Notes under the pieces: generated by a model | Told to the model about the DNA's origin: nothing | The model's database searches: none | What the model saw: only the letters and a program-made list of their open reading frames with translations | DNA from: Candidatus Cloacimonadota bacterium | GTDB taxonomy: Bacteria > Cloacimonadota > Cloacimonadia > Cloacimonadales > WRIO01 | DNA length: 64,000 nt | Direction of reading: 5' to 3' | Assembly (NCBI GenBank): GCA_029564175.1 | Contig: JAKQQL010000437.1 | Coordinates: 1 to 64,000, forward strand | Shown here: positions 61,377 through 64,000 of the stretch, one piece after another | Layout of the letters: the number at the start of each line of letters is the position of its first letter | Numbering within the stretch: position 1 is the first letter of the stretch | Made by a program: the position numbers and the translations under genes

Positions 61377-62654
61377 ATGAAAAAAGTATTAATTATAACT
61401 TATTATTGGCCTCCATGTGGAGGAGTTGCTGTACAACGATGGCTTAAAATAAGCAAATATTTATCTCTTTTTGAATGGTTGCCTACAGTGATTACAACAG
61501 AGAATGGTGATTATCCATTTCTAGATGACACGTTAAACAATGAGATATCCCCTGATTTAAAAGTAATCAGAACTAAAACACCTACCTTTAAAAATATTTT
61601 TAAAGCTTTAACTGGTAAAAATGAAAGCCTTCCCTATGGGTCTCTTAAAGCTTCCAAAGAAGACTCAATTATAAAAAAAATACTCTTTTTTATCAGATCT
61701 CAAATGGTGATTCCGGATGCAAGGGTTATCTGGAATAAAAACGCCCTGAAGGCAGCCGAAAAAGCTATTTTTAGCGGGCTTTATGAAGCAGTTATCACAA
61801 CTGGTCCTCCTCATTCCACTCATTTAGTAGGACTTGAACTTAAAAAGAAATATAAACTTACATGGATTGCAGATTTCAGAGATCCATGGACTAATATTTA
61901 CTATTATCAGAGCTTTAAGCGAAATTTTTTAATAAAATCGATTGACAGGTATTTAGAGAAAAAGGTTATTTCTCAGGCAGACAGTATTGTAACAGTCTCA
62001 GAGCAAATAGCGAATCTTCTTGCTCCAGGTAAGGCTCTGGTAATTCCAAATTCTTTTGATCCTGATGACTATATCAATTTTCGGTATGAAAAAAGTGATA
62101 AATTTAGAATTAAGTTTATTGGTAGTCTGACATCATCCAGAAAAGCAGAAGTATATCAAACGATCCGGTGGCTTGATCATTTAGCAAGTGAAAATCGTAT
62201 GTGTATAGAGTTTTCTGTCATTGGCAATCAGACTCCATTTGAAAAAGAGATAGACCCAGCTCATATTTTTTTAAAAAATATAGGTTTTATTCAACATAAA
62301 AAAGTGATTGAAGAATGTGTTAATTGTGAGCTTCTTCTTTTAGTAATCAATCAAACTACCAGTAATGAAGGCATTTTAACCTATAAACTATTTGAGTATT
62401 TAGGTTCACAAACAAAAATAATAGGAATAGGCCCTGTTAATGGAGATGCCGCAAAAATATTAGATATGGCTAATGCTGGAAAAATGTTTGATTATCATAA
62501 TCAGACAGATTTTTCTGATTTTGTTAAAACAATTTATAAATCATGGGAAGAAAACAACTTATTGCGAAATAAACAAGAACTCATTCAGTTTTCAGCTCCT
62601 TATATAGCCTCTCTTTTTTCTCAAGCTTTGAGTAGCTCAGTAAAGAAAAAATAA
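61377..62654 (+). CDS. Glycosyltransferase family 4-like protein
   Basis: TYYWPPCGGVAVQRW, TGPPHSTH, ADFRDPW, KLFEY. Confidence 0.85.
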   Translation: MKKVLIITYYWPPCGGVAVQRWLKISKYLSLFEWLPTVITTENGDYPFLDDTLNNEISPDLKVIRTKTPTFKNIFKALTGKNESLPYGSLKASKEDSIIKKILFFIRSQMVIPDARVIWNKNALKAAEKAIFSGLYEAVITTGPPHSTHLVGLELKKKYKLTWIADFRDPWTNIYYYQSFKRNFLIKSIDRYLEKKVISQADSIVTVSEQIANLLAPGKALVIPNSFDPDDYINFRYEKSDKFRIKFIGSLTSSRKAEVYQTIRWLDHLASENRMCIEFSVIGNQTPFEKEIDPAHIFLKNIGFIQHKKVIEECVNCELLLLVINQTTSNEGILTYKLFEYLGSQTKIIGIGPVNGDAAKILDMANAGKMFDYHNQTDFSDFVKTIYKSWEENNLLRNKQELIQFSAPYIASLFSQALSSSVKKK

Positions 62655-62665
62655 CAAGGATTTTT

Positions 62666-63826
62666 ATGTTACAGGATAAGCATATTTTATTAGGGGTAAG
62701 TGGTGGAATTGCTGTTTATAAAGCGATTGAACTTGCCAGTCTTCTAACTAAAGCTGGTGCGCAAGTTAAAACCATCATGACTGCAAATGCAATGGAATTT
62801 GTCAGTCCACTTTCGTTTAAGTCAATTACGAAGCAATCCGTTTCTTATAAATTATTTGATGAAGATGCACCAATTGAACATATTTCTCTCGCAGATTGGG
62901 CAGATATTTTTATTATTGCTCCCGCAACAGCCAATATCATTGGTAAGATTGCCAATGGTATTGCAGATGATTTGCTCTCAACCAGCATTATGGCAGGTAA
63001 AGCAAAAAAAATTATTGTTCCGGCAATGAATATCAATATGTACGAAAATCCGATAGTTCAGAAAAATATAACATTCTTAAAAACAAATGGATATCTGATA
63101 ATGGAGCCGGAAACAGGCTATCTTGCTTGTGGTTATATAGGAAAAGGAAGATTCCCTGATCCTGTTGAAATTCTCGATTTTATCAAAATTAGTTCATTAA
63201 CAGAGATGGTACTTCAAAATAAAAAAGTGCTTATTACTGCAGGGGCTAGTCGTGAAAAGATAGATCCGATGCGTTTTATTTCAAACCGTTCTTCAGGTAA
63301 GATGGGAATTTCGCTTGCAAAAACGGCATATGTTATGGGAGCTGAAGTAAAATTCATTCATGCTTATATAGAAGATAAAATACCTTATTATATCGAAGCA
63401 GTAAAAGCTGAAACAGCTAATGAAATGTATAATGCCGTCATGAATATCTATGCTGATTACGATATCATCATAATGTGTGCTGCTGTTGCTGATTATACAA
63501 TAGAAAACCCTGCCACAGAAAAGATTAAAAAGGCAAATAATATGAGTTTATCACTGGTTAGGACAAAAGATATTCTTTTTGAATTAGGTCAGATAAAACA
63601 TGATAATCAGCTACTAATCGGTTTTGCAGCAGAATCAGAAAACATTATTGAAAATGGAATGAGCAAGTTAATCAAAAAAAACTGTACCTGTATAGTGGCC
63701 AATTCCTTATATACATCGGGTAAACATGACACAGAACAGATACTCATTTTTAAAGACAAACAAATTGCAGTAAAAGGCAGTAAACTGGAAACTGCCTGTC
63801 ATATTTTGAAAGAAATCAGCCAATGA
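62666..63826 (+). CDS. coaBC: Phosphopantothenoylcysteine decarboxylase/ligase
   Basis: GGIAVYK, APATAN, PAMN, LACG, IDPMRFISNRSSGKMG, AAVADY, GFAAES. Confidence 0.95.
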   Translation: MLQDKHILLGVSGGIAVYKAIELASLLTKAGAQVKTIMTANAMEFVSPLSFKSITKQSVSYKLFDEDAPIEHISLADWADIFIIAPATANIIGKIANGIADDLLSTSIMAGKAKKIIVPAMNINMYENPIVQKNITFLKTNGYLIMEPETGYLACGYIGKGRFPDPVEILDFIKISSLTEMVLQNKKVLITAGASREKIDPMRFISNRSSGKMGISLAKTAYVMGAEVKFIHAYIEDKIPYYIEAVKAETANEMYNAVMNIYADYDIIIMCAAVADYTIENPATEKIKKANNMSLSLVRTKDILFELGQIKHDNQLLIGFAAESENIIENGMSKLIKKNCTCIVANSLYTSGKHDTEQILIFKDKQIAVKGSKLETACHILKEISQ

Positions 63827-64000
63827 AAACAATCCTGATCGTTGGTGCTAACAGTAATATTGGTTCATATATCGCGAATCATTTAATTTCTGAAAATCAC
63901 CGGCTTATCTTACATTATCATCACAACAAACACCGAATAGAAAGTTTGCTTAAACATCCATCAGTATCTGAAATTCAGTTTGATCTTTGTGATTATTTAT
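63823..64000 (+). CDS. SDR/Rossmann oxidoreductase, partial (runs off window)
   Basis: ATGA overlap with coaBC; MKTILIVGANSNIGSYIANHLISENHRLILHYH; not in the ORF track. Confidence 0.75.
   Translation, partial: MKTILIVGANSNIGSYIANHLISENHRLILHYHHNKHRIESLLKHPSVSEIQFDLCDYL

Noticed and set aside
2510..63036. Short ORFs of 60-144 aa nested in or antisense to long genes (e.g. 19841-20275, 36109-36408, 54863-55186)
   Set aside because: They overlap well-supported genes almost entirely and show no motifs; treated as shadow ORFs.

Overview
AT-rich (about 30% GC by eye), gene-dense bacterial chromosome segment from a diderm anaerobe. TolC, several beta-barrels, a T9SS/Por-type C-terminal sorting domain, 2-oxoacid:ferredoxin oxidoreductases, glycine cleavage and acetate kinase point to an amino-acid fermenter of the FCB group, most plausibly Candidatus Cloacimonadota (inference). 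Housekeeping and metabolic content: rsmA, iorAB, a four-gene Vor/Kor-type oxidoreductase, ackA, a DAHP synthase, Ppx/GppA, gcvPA/PB, add, secDF, a TatD-family protein, coaBC, tRNA-Val(TAC) and tRNA-Pro(GGG). There is also a poly-gamma-glutamate operon (pgsB-pgsC-pgsW) extended by envelope genes. The most unusual locus is the minus-strand operon at 71-6571. It encodes three 2x[4Fe-4S] ferredoxins with three different export addresses (signal peptide plus T9SS-type CTD, cleavable signal peptide, lipoprotein), an outer-membrane beta-barrel and a Cys-containing CcdA/DsbD_2-like membrane protein, together a candidate iron-sulfur trans-envelope electron conduit. It ends with two paralogous TPR histidine kinases with complementary defects: one keeps only the phospho-His, the other only the ATPase motifs. 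Other observations: an 11-bp phased repeat upstream of both ferredoxin-led operons, a REP-like hairpin array, a chemoreceptor with one in-frame stop, a sigma28-like promoter and a kinase-LRR-FGE fusion. No CRISPR array, rRNA, transposase, integrase or reverse transcriptase was seen. All calls come from motif reading; no database searches were run.
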